Assembly: GCA_050273025.1 (NCBI GenBank)
Contig: CP158636.1
Location: 4,278,001-4,342,000 of the forward strand
DNA: 64,000 nt
Direction: 5' to 3'
Source: Cenococcum geophilum
Lineage: Eukaryota
Shown here: piece by piece, positions 54,346 through 64,000 of the stretch
Numbering within the stretch: the stretch's first letter is position 1
Layout of the letters: each line of letters starts with the position of its first letter
Notes under the pieces: model-generated
Database searches by the model: none
Seen by the model: the letters and a program-made list of their open reading frames with translations, nothing else
Told to the model about the DNA's origin: nothing
Translations under genes and position numbers: made by a program

Positions 54346-54694
54346 AGAAGTTAAGATCTTATAGAACTTTAACCGCCGGTTAAAGTTGTCTAATTAGTTA
54401 GATCCTTGCTAAGAGCGCCACGCCTAATCAATTTAGGTGGCGGTATAGACTTCTGCCAACTAATTAGGATTTTCTATGCCCGGTATAGAAAATCGCCATT
54501 AGCTTGCTTACTACTAGCGTCTTAGCGGCCCACCCGTCTTCGCGTTATTTACTAAATTCTGCTAACTACCGCATTGTTATATATCGTCTGGTTTTGTTAT
54601 ATATTATCTAGTTTTATTATATATTATCTAGTATTATTATATACTATCTGTTTGTATATATATATATAGCAACCATAAAAAGAAGAGTTGCTAG

Positions 54695-54880
54695 TGTTGG
54701 GAATAAGGCAAGTTGCCGTCGCATAAAGCATATTGCCGTCACGTGTCAACGTGGCCCTAGCGTAGTAAGGAACCTTAAGTTCCTTACCCCTTTCCTCATT
54801 CCTATTAAAAAGAATTAACTAACATCACTGTAACCCTACTCGAGTAGTCGTTATTAGTAAGTCACCCTGTGTTTCCAACA
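54695..54880 (+). repeat. 3' LTR of copia element 2
   Basis: TGTTGGGAAT...TTTCCAACA. Confidence 0.95.
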
Positions 54881-56574
54881 AAAATGCTTAAAGTTACCTC
54901 ACCCTAATATTGTTAATATTCTAGAAGTATTTAAAAAGGGTAAAATAGTATATCTAATATACAAGTGCCTATCCGTATCGCTAGCAGATATCTAAGCTAG
55001 CCCTTCTAAAACATTAGCAGAGTTTAAAATTGCTGTAGTCTACAAGGAGGTAATATAGCTATTCTATTTAAAACTAGCCTCTAATTTTAAATATAGGTAA
55101 TCTAAGGACTTCTATTTATCTATAGCATTTATATTATTTATAGCTTATTAAATTGCCAAAATCTCCTAATTTTAAGGAGTGGGGAAATTAAGATTAATAA
55201 GTACCTAATGGTTATCCTAAAATAAAAAGCTAACGGTTAAGTAGCAAATATAGGTAAAAGCATACTTTAAGCGGCTTCTTATTCGGAGGATATTAATATA
55301 AAGGCTGTTGGCCGTATTATAATGCAATTAATAGAGCCCAGAACGGTTTTGCAGTAACTAACTAGCCTTACTCTATAAAACCCAAAACGCTAGTTAGATA
55401 CAGCTTAGGACTTCCTTAATAAAACCTCTTCGCAGCCGCTATTTTCTCTTAATAAAGTACAGTTTTTAGGTTTTATCTCTTATTATGGGTTTAACGGTAT
55501 AGTAGGACGAGTTTTTACTTAAATTACCGGGCCCGTTATGCCTAATCCTATATATTTGGGTAGCTAAAAGGACAATAAGGCGGAAGTAGAAGATATTTCC
55601 GGCCTTATTCTAACTTTAGATACAGCGCTAAATTAGTTAGTTGTAGTATAACGCGTATAGACGCTAGAATTAGTTAAGACATAACTTAGCGTACCTAAAA
55701 TGTTATAGGGGGCATTAGAGCGGCTAATACATAAGATATATAAGTTTTTACTCTTCCCACTTTTTAATAACTAAGCCCTATTATTAATAGCTATACATTA
55801 ATTAAGAACTTTTATAATCCTTCTACTAGTTATATCGCATATTACTATATAAGCTAGCGTCCAATCTTAACAAATCTACTTAACCAACTAGCCGCTATAG
55901 CTGCATCCTATAAAGCAAGGCAGAAAAGTTAAAAAAAAAAAGTCTCTAAACCTCTTTATAATACGATATAAGCCGTATAACGGTACCTAAAGAGGGGTAC
56001 TAGGGCTACTTCAGCTAATTGTCTTATAAAGTGGTAACACACATATAAGGCGCGGCTAGAAGCATTTGCGCAGCAATAAAAGACATTAGTAAAGACCTTA
56101 GAAGACCTTAAAAAACAGGTTTAATAACTTAGAGCTAAGTAATAGCAAAGTAGGTATATCTATTCTAATTATTATAAGGTAATTAATAAAGAATAGGAGG
56201 AGCTAGAAAATTTCGCGTGTTAACTATAAGATATCAAAACTAGCGTTAGCGATTTGGATTACAATATGTCAATTCTTAATTTTAATTACGAAACATTTAA
56301 GTAGACGGCTAGGCGATATAATCGTGGGATAGAGGTAGTAATAAAGAAGGTCCTTAAAATTAAGGAGAGACTAAATAATATGGATAAATAGGTTAACTAG
56401 TTATTAGGTACTTTAATAAAATAGAGTATAGTTAGCGGGAATATAATCTCTAAAGCAAACAATAAACTTAATTAAAGATGCGTTAAATAGCTAAAAGTAT
56501 AACTTATAGAAACACGCCTTGGGTTTAATTTAGATAAAGCTATAGCTCGCCTTTTACTTAGCTAGCAGCTTATT

Positions 56575-56692
56575 TATTTACGCTAGATGCTTACCTAGCT
56601 TACCCTAGGCGCTTATTCTAGGCGCTTATCTAGCTTACCTTAGGCGCTTATCTAGCTTACCCTAGGCGCTTACTTAGCTCACACTAGACACC
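56575..56692 (+). repeat. ~22-bp tandem repeat CTAGCTTACCCTAGGCGCTTAT, ~5 copies
   Basis: Directly visible. Confidence 0.8.
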
Positions 56693-58519
56693 TTAAGTCG
56701 CCCAATAGCCTTTGTAATAGCCTATACCCCAGTCCTTTTTTTACTATATAGCTTAGGAACTTTTAAAAGTTCCATATAAGAAATAACTTCACTAAGATCT
56801 ATACACTTCCCTACTTCACCTATAATGTCTTATTGTCGGCAACTCTCTATATTAGAGACGTTAATACTAGACCTACTTAAAGAACATATCCGTAAATATC
56901 AGTACTGCACACCTACACTTAAAAAGAGGTGCTTTATTAGCCAGCAACTAATTTATAACGCTGTTAATATAGTATATAAGGGATTAGACGGTCAAATATA
57001 CAGCAATATAAAAGAGGACAATATGCTAGTGCGGGTAGAGTTACCGCCAAAGTATTCTATCGTTCGTAGAGTACTTTAGTTAAATACTTTAGCTAGGAAT
57101 TAGATAGCGTTAAAAGACACGACTTTACTAAAGGCCTACGACTAAACGGAGCCAAGTTATTAAGATACAGCATTGGTTGGTTAAAAAAAGGTATATTTTA
57201 TTTCGCGGATACTAGGGTATAACTGCAAACGGTTGCTACTGTATTGCCTCTTCAATATTAGATATATTAGGCCCCTTAGCATCCTTAGTCTTCTTTACCT
57301 TCTCTATTAACTAAGCGTAATAGTAAACCTATAAACTTGCCTAGGTTCGATTTAGGAATTCCTTCGCAATATCCTTTTACTAGATGTTATTACTCCTTAA
57401 CAGAATTAGCTTATTATTATCCTTTTTTATAAACACTTATCTTGTTTATTAGGGTAAACCTAATAATTAGGAAGATGCGGGCAAACAGAAACCCAATAAT
57501 GCGCGTAAATAGGAAATCGGTTTTTAGGATAATACGGGTTAAGGGCTTCCGTACAATAAGGTTAGATAGTTTTCTATAGGCGAAAGGTACTAGTCGTACA
57601 TTTAATTCCTAACGGTAATAGTTCCGGCCCAAGTTAAACATCTTTATATAATTATTGGCTCTACTAAAGAGCAAGAAGATGGAGCGTTAGGTAATAAATA
57701 AAGCTTAGCATTTATTAGGTATTATAAAGTTGTCTCCTTAGGATAGATTAAAGGGTTAAGCTTAGCGAACTTCTTTAACTACAGTTCTCGCTTCATTTTG
57801 GGAGGATTATTATTATTAGATCCGACTATAGTCCCTAGGCTACTACATTCTAGTAAATTAAGACTATTGGTCTTACTATTAAGATTAAAGGCGGAATAAT
57901 TAAGACTTTCGCTCCGTATATTCATAAGGGCCTCTATAAAGTTATTAATATACAGTTTATAGGTTAGGGTAGGGGTTAGGGTCCTTAGGCCTAACCTATA
58001 GCATTAAATATATAATTAGGGCTTGTAGTCCTAAACTCTGGTATAGAATACATTCTAGTAAATAAAAGATATACACTGCGAGGGGGTAATACTTAAAAAC
58101 TGCTAGCGAAAGTAGAAGCTTTATATCTCGCAGTCTAGGGTAATAGTTCGGAATTACCTTTTTAGGGCTCGCTAATGCGGATAGACTTGCCAGATACTAT
58201 ATATAGCCTCTAGCCACTAACACTTATACTTTAAAGATAAGTATATTAGTGGCGACGTTTATTATCTAAGTAAAATATTATAGAGGGAAAGGCGCTATAT
58301 ACCGGGTTCAAATTTAATCCTATATACTATAGTCTATTACGCGGCTTAAGTGTCCCTTAGACCTAGCGCTCTAGCTCGCAGATCTACTATTAAGTTAATA
58401 TTTATACGGTATACGCTAGTGGCGGATAGGTAGCAACTAGAGTCTCGCAGATACTTCTAGCTCTATATATTAGGTCGCCTATATACCTAAAAGTTAGCGA
58501 TGTATAAATAAAGGATGCC

Positions 58520-58790
58520 GTATCCGTAGTGGCAAGCGGAGCTCTTTAGTGTAACCGCTATAGGATTAACTCGCCTGCCGCCCACTTTATCATCGTATAA
58601 TTAGACTTAATAGTAGCGGGCGGGGCTCTTTAGAGATCGCTATATAACTAACGCGCCTACTGCCCACTCTATTATTATATAGTTAGGCCTAGTAGTGTTA
58701 AGCGGAGCTCTCTAGTATAATCACTATATTACTAACACGTCTACCACCTACTTAATTATTGTCGCCTAATTAAGCCTACTGCCTTGGGAT
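58520..58790 (+). repeat. ~80-bp degenerate repeats homologous (inverted) to 38040-38440
   Basis: Shared motifs AGTGGC(G/A)AGCG(A/G)AGC, TAAGCGGAGCTCT, ATCACT(C/A)TATTACTA(G/A)CACGTCTAC. Confidence 0.65.
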
Positions 58791-60605
58791 TCTTTAAGGA
58801 CTTACTCTACTATTAAAGAGACTCTATTATACTAGAACTTAGCTATCTTATAGCTTATTAGCTTATAGACTAGTTCGGATTCTAGCCTTAATATACTAGC
58901 CATTAACCCTACTTGCCTTAATATAACAAGATATAGGATCTACCGCAACCTAGGAGAAAATTCTTATCTCGGCGCCTTACAGCACCATTATAGCGATTTA
59001 GCTAACGGCCTTAGGCATAGGATGGCTTTAAGGGGTTACTTAAACTTTACTATTTTATCTTATAGTCTATAGTGGAAACGGGTTGTCCATACTTACTCTC
59101 TAATACTCCCTATACTACACAGTAGTGCTACTATTAGGAGGTCCGGATTATATAATTGCCATGCCCATAGGGAGACTTTGCTTAGGCTTTATCCTTATAG
59201 CTTACAATACATTAGGTAGCTCCACTCGCCAACATAGGCGTATAACTTAAGACGCCAAAGCAATTAGAAGATAATGCTGTCCGATTTAGAAGTTAAATTA
59301 CGCTGCTAACCTGGGTTTTTCGCTATATAACCATCTCGAGCAGGGAAAGCACTGGCGTAACGGTAGTGCGTAGAGCTAAACGCCAGAGTTGCTTACCGCA
59401 ATAAGGATCCTATAAGTTAATCCTTACAGATTATTAAACGGCGGCTTAATTAGCTATAGTGGCCTAAAATATAATTGCCTAATCCTATTAGTCGTAAAGG
59501 ACTAACTTGCTAATATATACTAAGCTAAAAGGTATAAGGCAATTTATATTACTAGTTAGGGCTCTATCTTACCTAACGTAAAGGATTTTAGTAAAGCCCT
59601 TTAAGCATTACACGTCGCTATAAGGAAGGAATATTTAAGCTTACTATAGTTAAAGGCATAGTAATATCTTTTATATTATTAGCAGCAGTATTTAAATTAA
59701 AACAAAGGGGTGTGGTTTACAGTTAAAGGATATTTAAAACTGTAGAAGGAATAGAAAAGGACTAGTAGTATAGGTAGCACAGACGGCATAAAGCTGCGGG
59801 AGAGGAATAGTAGTTAAAGCTGGAAATAAAACGGCGACAGAAACTGTGCTTTTATAAGCGACATTAACGCATAGGCCTTTAAAAGCGGCGGTGTTCGCCT
59901 ACAAATCTATAGTTCTTATTTGCTTAGGGGCAAACACTTAAAAAAATATTACTTTTAACCCAGGGTTTTAATAACTAGTGGTCCCAACATAACACAATTT
60001 CTGTTAAGAAGGGCTTAATAAATTGCTATATCCCCGATTTACATAGGGCCACGTTTTGTCTACTTATAGAAAAATAAAGCTTGTAAAAGGTACTAAGTAT
60101 TCCTAAAGCAGGCCTATGACTATATAAGGAAACTAGATTCCAAAAGCTATTTCAAAACATTTTCTACCTAATGTTCTTAAATGTTACGCCGCACTCGACC
60201 CGTTTAAATTTAAGCTGCGCAAGACTATATAGTAATCTCAATAACTAGCCGGGCTTTTACTATAGTTTTTGCTGGTATCTTTGCTATATTTCTTTACAAT
60301 CACCTAAAAGAAACCATCTATTAGCCACATTTATTGGGCATCTTTTTTAGGTCTTATAGTATTTTATACACTAAGCTTTCACCATATATTGGAGATTAGT
60401 GCACTTATAGTAAACTTAGGTATAATCGCATATCTAGTGGCGTATAAATAAGTAGGAATAATATATTAACCATAGAATAGTTCGCTTGCCCTATACTATT
60501 TTATATATATTTTAACCAAGGCTGCTACCTAGCCTTTGCCACCTAAATCTCCGCAAAACTTCACTCGTATATAGAAGAGCACAAGATAATAAAATATTAT
60601 TCTAT

Positions 60606-62268
60606 CTACTCTACTAGCACCTTTAGATCCTTCCTTACTTCCTAAAGCACCTCCTTTATTTAAAAAGGAAGTTTTTTATCCTTTCCCTTTCGCCTCCTAC
60701 TGCCTAGAAATACTGCCTTCCGCAATTTATTAACCTAAGGGATTAGTGGCTAATAGTACGGTAAAAAGTTATCATCTGTACTCTTAAGAAAATCCCCTTT
60801 ATTATCCACTTCTTCTTTCTTTATCTTAGCTAGCTCTTCCGTATCCACAGAATTCCACTTATTAAACTTATTAATAACGTTGCCTTTCTTATTAGGTCCA
60901 TTATAGTGAATATATATCTAAAATAGCACCTAAAAAAACGACTTAGGATTATGCTAAGCTAAGTATATCTCGCCTAGGAGTACTCTAATCGCCATAAACA
61001 CTCTTATACTAGTCTTACCCCGCGCTTCTAAAGGCCCTTTTTACTACTCCTTAATCGCAAGATTAAAGTCAATTAAAAATGCCGGCTAAGAAAAATTATC
61101 GTCTTCCTTATTTATTATAAGGTTGCCTATTAAAATGTTACATTAAATAATACCGGCCCGCGTATATAAAGACTTATATCCTTTAATACCACCCTCTAGT
61201 GTAGTAAGCATTACAGCCCAAGAGCTTGCCTTATAAAGAGGCTTTCTATAGTCCCTAGTAATAACGCGTTAATATACTTAATTTAGGGTTATAGAGTACC
61301 TTCCGCCTTTAGGCGGAGAGCCTAAATACGTACGCTTATTAGGCGGTAACGGGGCGTTAGTATAGCTAGACGACCTCTTTCTGCTAGAACTTTGGCCTTT
61401 CTTAATTTTTACTCCAGCCGGTTTTAGAGGTATTATTAAGTTTTCCAGCTTATAGTTTATTGCTCTTATAATATCCAGCCCCTTACGGACGTTATTATAA
61501 ATATTATCTTCTTTACCGCCTATATAAACTGTCTTGTGGTAATAGTACCTAGCTATATTAACTACTTCTTTCTCCGTTACCTTACGTAGCAGTTTACCTT
61601 CTTCCTCGCGCTACAGGTACTGCTACGAGTCTTTAATAATAAGGGGTATCTTAGAGGTATCCCCCTTACGGTATACTTTCTAGTAAGTAGTTGCTTAACC
61701 GGCGATATAGCGTACCCGCTTTATAGATTTATTAAGGATAAGACGCTTAGTCTAATTATTACGCACGACCTTAATATATCGTTTGCCGTCTAATATTAGA
61801 ATAGTAGGGTTAAACCCAAGCTGTTCCTTATTTATTTAGAGAAATCCTAATATCGCCGAGGTAAATTATAGTCCGTCTTTATTAATATTGAATAGTGATA
61901 ATATAATGCCTCCTACCTAGTTATACTCCTATAGCCGCATAATAGATCTATAAAGGGTAAAGCCTAAAATAAAGTAACGAGTGCCTTAAGCGGCGAAGAC
62001 TTCTCTTATATATTTCCCTAAATTAAACTATGCCTATAAGGGTATATCGGAGTTTAGATTACTTTTTAGCTCTCTTAGTATAAGTATATACGACTAATAG
62101 CATTAAGAGCTTTTGCTAGCTATTAGATTATCTATAAAACCAATATCTAGTTTTTGCTTTGCTGTAGACCCTTATAAGGGCTGCTTAGTATATACGATAA
62201 GCGTTTATTATATCTTTAGGGCGGACTCGTGCTCCTCTATAAAGCCTAAAATTAATTTAATTAGGCTA
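60606..62268 (-). pseudogene. FunK1 fungal-type protein kinase (PF17667), RIP-inactivated and 5'-interrupted at ~62269
   Basis: QPL*GSTAKQKLDIGFID; IAG*ATTY*KVY; IIKDS*QYL*REEEGKLLRKVTEKEVVNIARYYYHKTV; TRDYRKPLYKASS; FLIDFNLAIK..ARGKTSIRVFMAIRVL. The frame ends abruptly at the repeat element. Confidence 0.93.
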
Positions 62269-62706
62269 TATCAGGAAAATTTTTTTCGGGCTCGTTGTTG
62301 CAGTTTGCGGCAATTTACGGCAAACTGTACGGTCGCGGCAGTCGTATATAGTCTTATGCGGTTTACGCATTTTGCGGCAAACTACATAGAGCCTGCGTAT
62401 TTTATAGCAACTTACAGCAAACTGCATAGAGCCTACGCATTTTATAGCAACTTGCAGCAAACGCGCAGAGCCTATATATTTTACACGTTTTGTATATTTT
62501 ATATATTTTATATATTTTGCACATTTTGCATATTTTATACATTTTATATTTTGCATATTTTATATTCCTATATAACTATATAAAATGTAGAGCTATTTAT
62601 TAAGCAATTAAGATAAGGGGAATACCCTTTACAAAGGCTCTAAATCATTAATTGGCGGTATTCCTAACGATCTACTGGCTATGTACCGATTTCCTAACTA
62701 GGCCTA

Positions 62707-62968
62707 GTGCCTGCCTGCCTGCCTACCTGCCTGCCTGCCTACCTACCTGTCTGTCTGTCTATCTGTCTATACCTGCCTATGCCTACCTGCCTATGCCTAC
62801 TGTCTATACCTACTATCTGTGCCTACCTGTCTATGCCTACTGTCTATGCCTACCTGTCTATACTTACCTATCTATACTACCTGTCTATGCCTACCTGTCT
62901 ATACCTACCGTCTGTGCCTACCGTCTGTGCCTCCTATCTATGCTACTGTCTATACCTACCTGTCTGTA
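62707..62968 (-). repeat. GCCTACCTGTCTAT-type tandem array
   Basis: Directly visible; inverse relative of 8803-9220. Confidence 0.9.
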
Positions 62969-63282
62969 ATTTAGGGGAAAGGTCGGCCCGATCGAAGGCT
63001 CCGCCTGATTTGATTAATTAATTAATCATATTAATTCAAATCGTTCTCTACGGCCGTTCGCTGGCTGTATATTCGAACGGTGGTCGTCTAGCTCTAGCGA
63101 CGGTCGACGGTCGTCTGGTTCTGGCGACGGTCCTCAGCTAGCTGCCGTTCTGGTGCCTCCCTAGGTAGGGAGGATATAAGGAAGGAAGGGTAAAAAATAA
63201 GGTGGCTACCTAGGTATATAGATAAGGGGTACACTTGGCAGAGGCACATATAGAGGCTATCGGGAATATAGCGGGGACCCGA

Positions 63283-64000
63283 TGCAGAGCTTCGTGTAGA
63301 GCCTCCGTATGTCGCGCAAAGCCTCATACAGAGCCTCTATACGTAGAGCTTCGTGTAGAGCTTCGTGCAGAGCTTCGTATAGAGCCTCCGTATGTAGAGC
63401 TTCACGCAAAGCCTCGTGCAGAGCCTCTATACGTAGAGCTTCGTGTAGAGCCTTATGTAGAGCTTCGTGCAGAGCTTCGTGTAGAGCCTCATGCAGAGCC
63501 TTATGCAAAGCTTCGTGTAGAGCTTCGTGTAGAGCCTCGCGCAAAGCTTCGTACAGAGCTTTGTGTAGAGCTTCGTGTAGAGCTTCGTGCAGAGCTTCGT
63601 GTAGAGCTTCGTGCAGAGCCTCGTGTAGAGCTTCGTGCAGAGCCTCGTACAGAGCCTCTATACGCAGAGCTTCGTATAGAGCCTCGTGTAGAGCCTCGTG
63701 CAAAGCTTTGTGCAGAGCTTCGTGTAGAGCTTCGTGCAGAGCTTCGTGTAGAGCTTCGTGTAAAGCTTCGTGTAGAGCTTCGTACAGAGCCTCGTGTAGA
63801 GCTTCGTGCAGAGCCTCGTACAGAGCCTCTATACGCAGAGCTTCGTATAGAGCTCCGTACAGAGCTTCGTGCAGAGCTTCGTGTAGAGCCTCATGCAGAG
63901 CCTTGTGCAAAGCTTCATATAGAGCTTCGTGTAGAGCCTCGCGCAAAGCTTCGTGCAGAGCTTTGTGTAGAGCTTCGTATAGAGCTTCGTGTAGAGCTTT
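63283..64000 (-). repeat. 12-bp minisatellite GTG(C/T)AGAGC(T/C)TC with 15-bp variants, truncated by the window end
   Basis: Reverse complement of the 7498-7875 array, at least about twice as long. Confidence 0.95.

Larger units (their letters stand above)
48620..54880 (+). mobile_element. Full-length Ty1/copia-like LTR retrotransposon (second, unrelated family), RIP-inactivated
   Basis: 186-bp LTRs at 48620-48805 and 54695-54880; TSD AGAAT/AAAAT (one G>A); purine tract before the 3' LTR; integrase precedes RT. Confidence 0.96.
48223..55615 (+). pseudogene. Protein kinase-like gene split by copia element 2 (parts 48223-48619 and 54881-~55615)
   Basis: Frame is continuous across the removed element: ...YHKLLKEDQVGPTVI...MVIKTRVISKTVNGLE|CLKLPHPNIVNILEVFKKGKIVYLIYKCLSVSLADI..LAEFKIAVVYKE. 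Confidence 0.82.
1..64000. mobile_element. RIP-degraded, gene-dense block; probable interior (cargo region) of a Starship-like giant transposon, boundaries not seen
   Basis: RIP signature throughout (TA-rich; stops at positions where Q/W codons are expected; D>N, G>S, H>Y changes). Contains DUF3723 and patatin-like phospholipase relics, known Starship auxiliary genes. No DUF3435 captain or element ends recognised. Confidence 0.6.
62269..64000 (-). mobile_element. Second, inverted copy (copy B, partial) of the minisatellite-built element; runs past the window end
   Basis: Starts TATCAGGAAAATTT (11/14 match to each copy A terminus). Then 9-bp TTTTGCACA-type repeats, GCCTACCTGTCTAT array, 20-mer units, the unique spacer (63127-63282, reverse complement of 7876-8010) and the 12-mer array, in mirror order to copy A. 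Confidence 0.75.

Noticed and set aside
62113..63327. Other short ORFs at the right end
   Set aside because: They are antisense to the FunK1 relic or fall in simple repeats.
63257..63946. 229-aa HEAL-repeat ORF
   Set aside because: It is a translation of the 12/15-bp minisatellite with no non-repetitive domain. Unit lengths being multiples of 3 is noted, but there is no other coding evidence.
63283..64000. Telomeric or subtelomeric repeat at the window end
   Set aside because: No TTAGGG-type array, and the same repeat occurs internally at 7.5 kb.
1..64000. Alternative genetic code (TAA/TAG read-through) or organellar/viral AT-rich genome
   Set aside because: The stops coincide with other C>T/G>A damage at catalytic residues and with transition-only LTR differences, which RIP explains fully.

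Overview
This window looks like AT-rich filamentous-ascomycete (Pezizomycotina-type) DNA that has been heavily mutated by repeat-induced point mutation (RIP). TpA is abundant, CpA/TpG is depleted, and every recognisable gene is broken by TAA/TAG codons derived from Gln/Trp codons. I see no intact protein-coding gene; the ORF track consists of repeat artefacts or surviving fragments. Reading through the RIP damage shows a dense run of host-like relic genes resembling Starship giant-transposon cargo: a divergent patatin-like phospholipase + DUF3723 pair, four kinases (small Ser/Thr kinase, FHA-kinase, kinase-like gene, FunK1), a MADS-box, an F-box, a chromodomain and a KDM4-like JmjN/JmjC demethylase. 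No DUF3435 captain recombinase was recognised in the window. Later insertions are nested in it: two full-length Ty1/copia LTR elements (31935-37530, 48620-54880), each splitting a cargo gene, and a 384-bp pogo/Fot1-type MITE. The most unusual feature is a pair of oppositely oriented non-coding elements built from stacked minisatellite arrays and bounded by short ~14-bp terminal inverted repeats. One is complete (6941-9546); the other starts at 62269, runs off the window and cuts the FunK1 gene. Pseudogene coordinates are approximate and come from manual translation.
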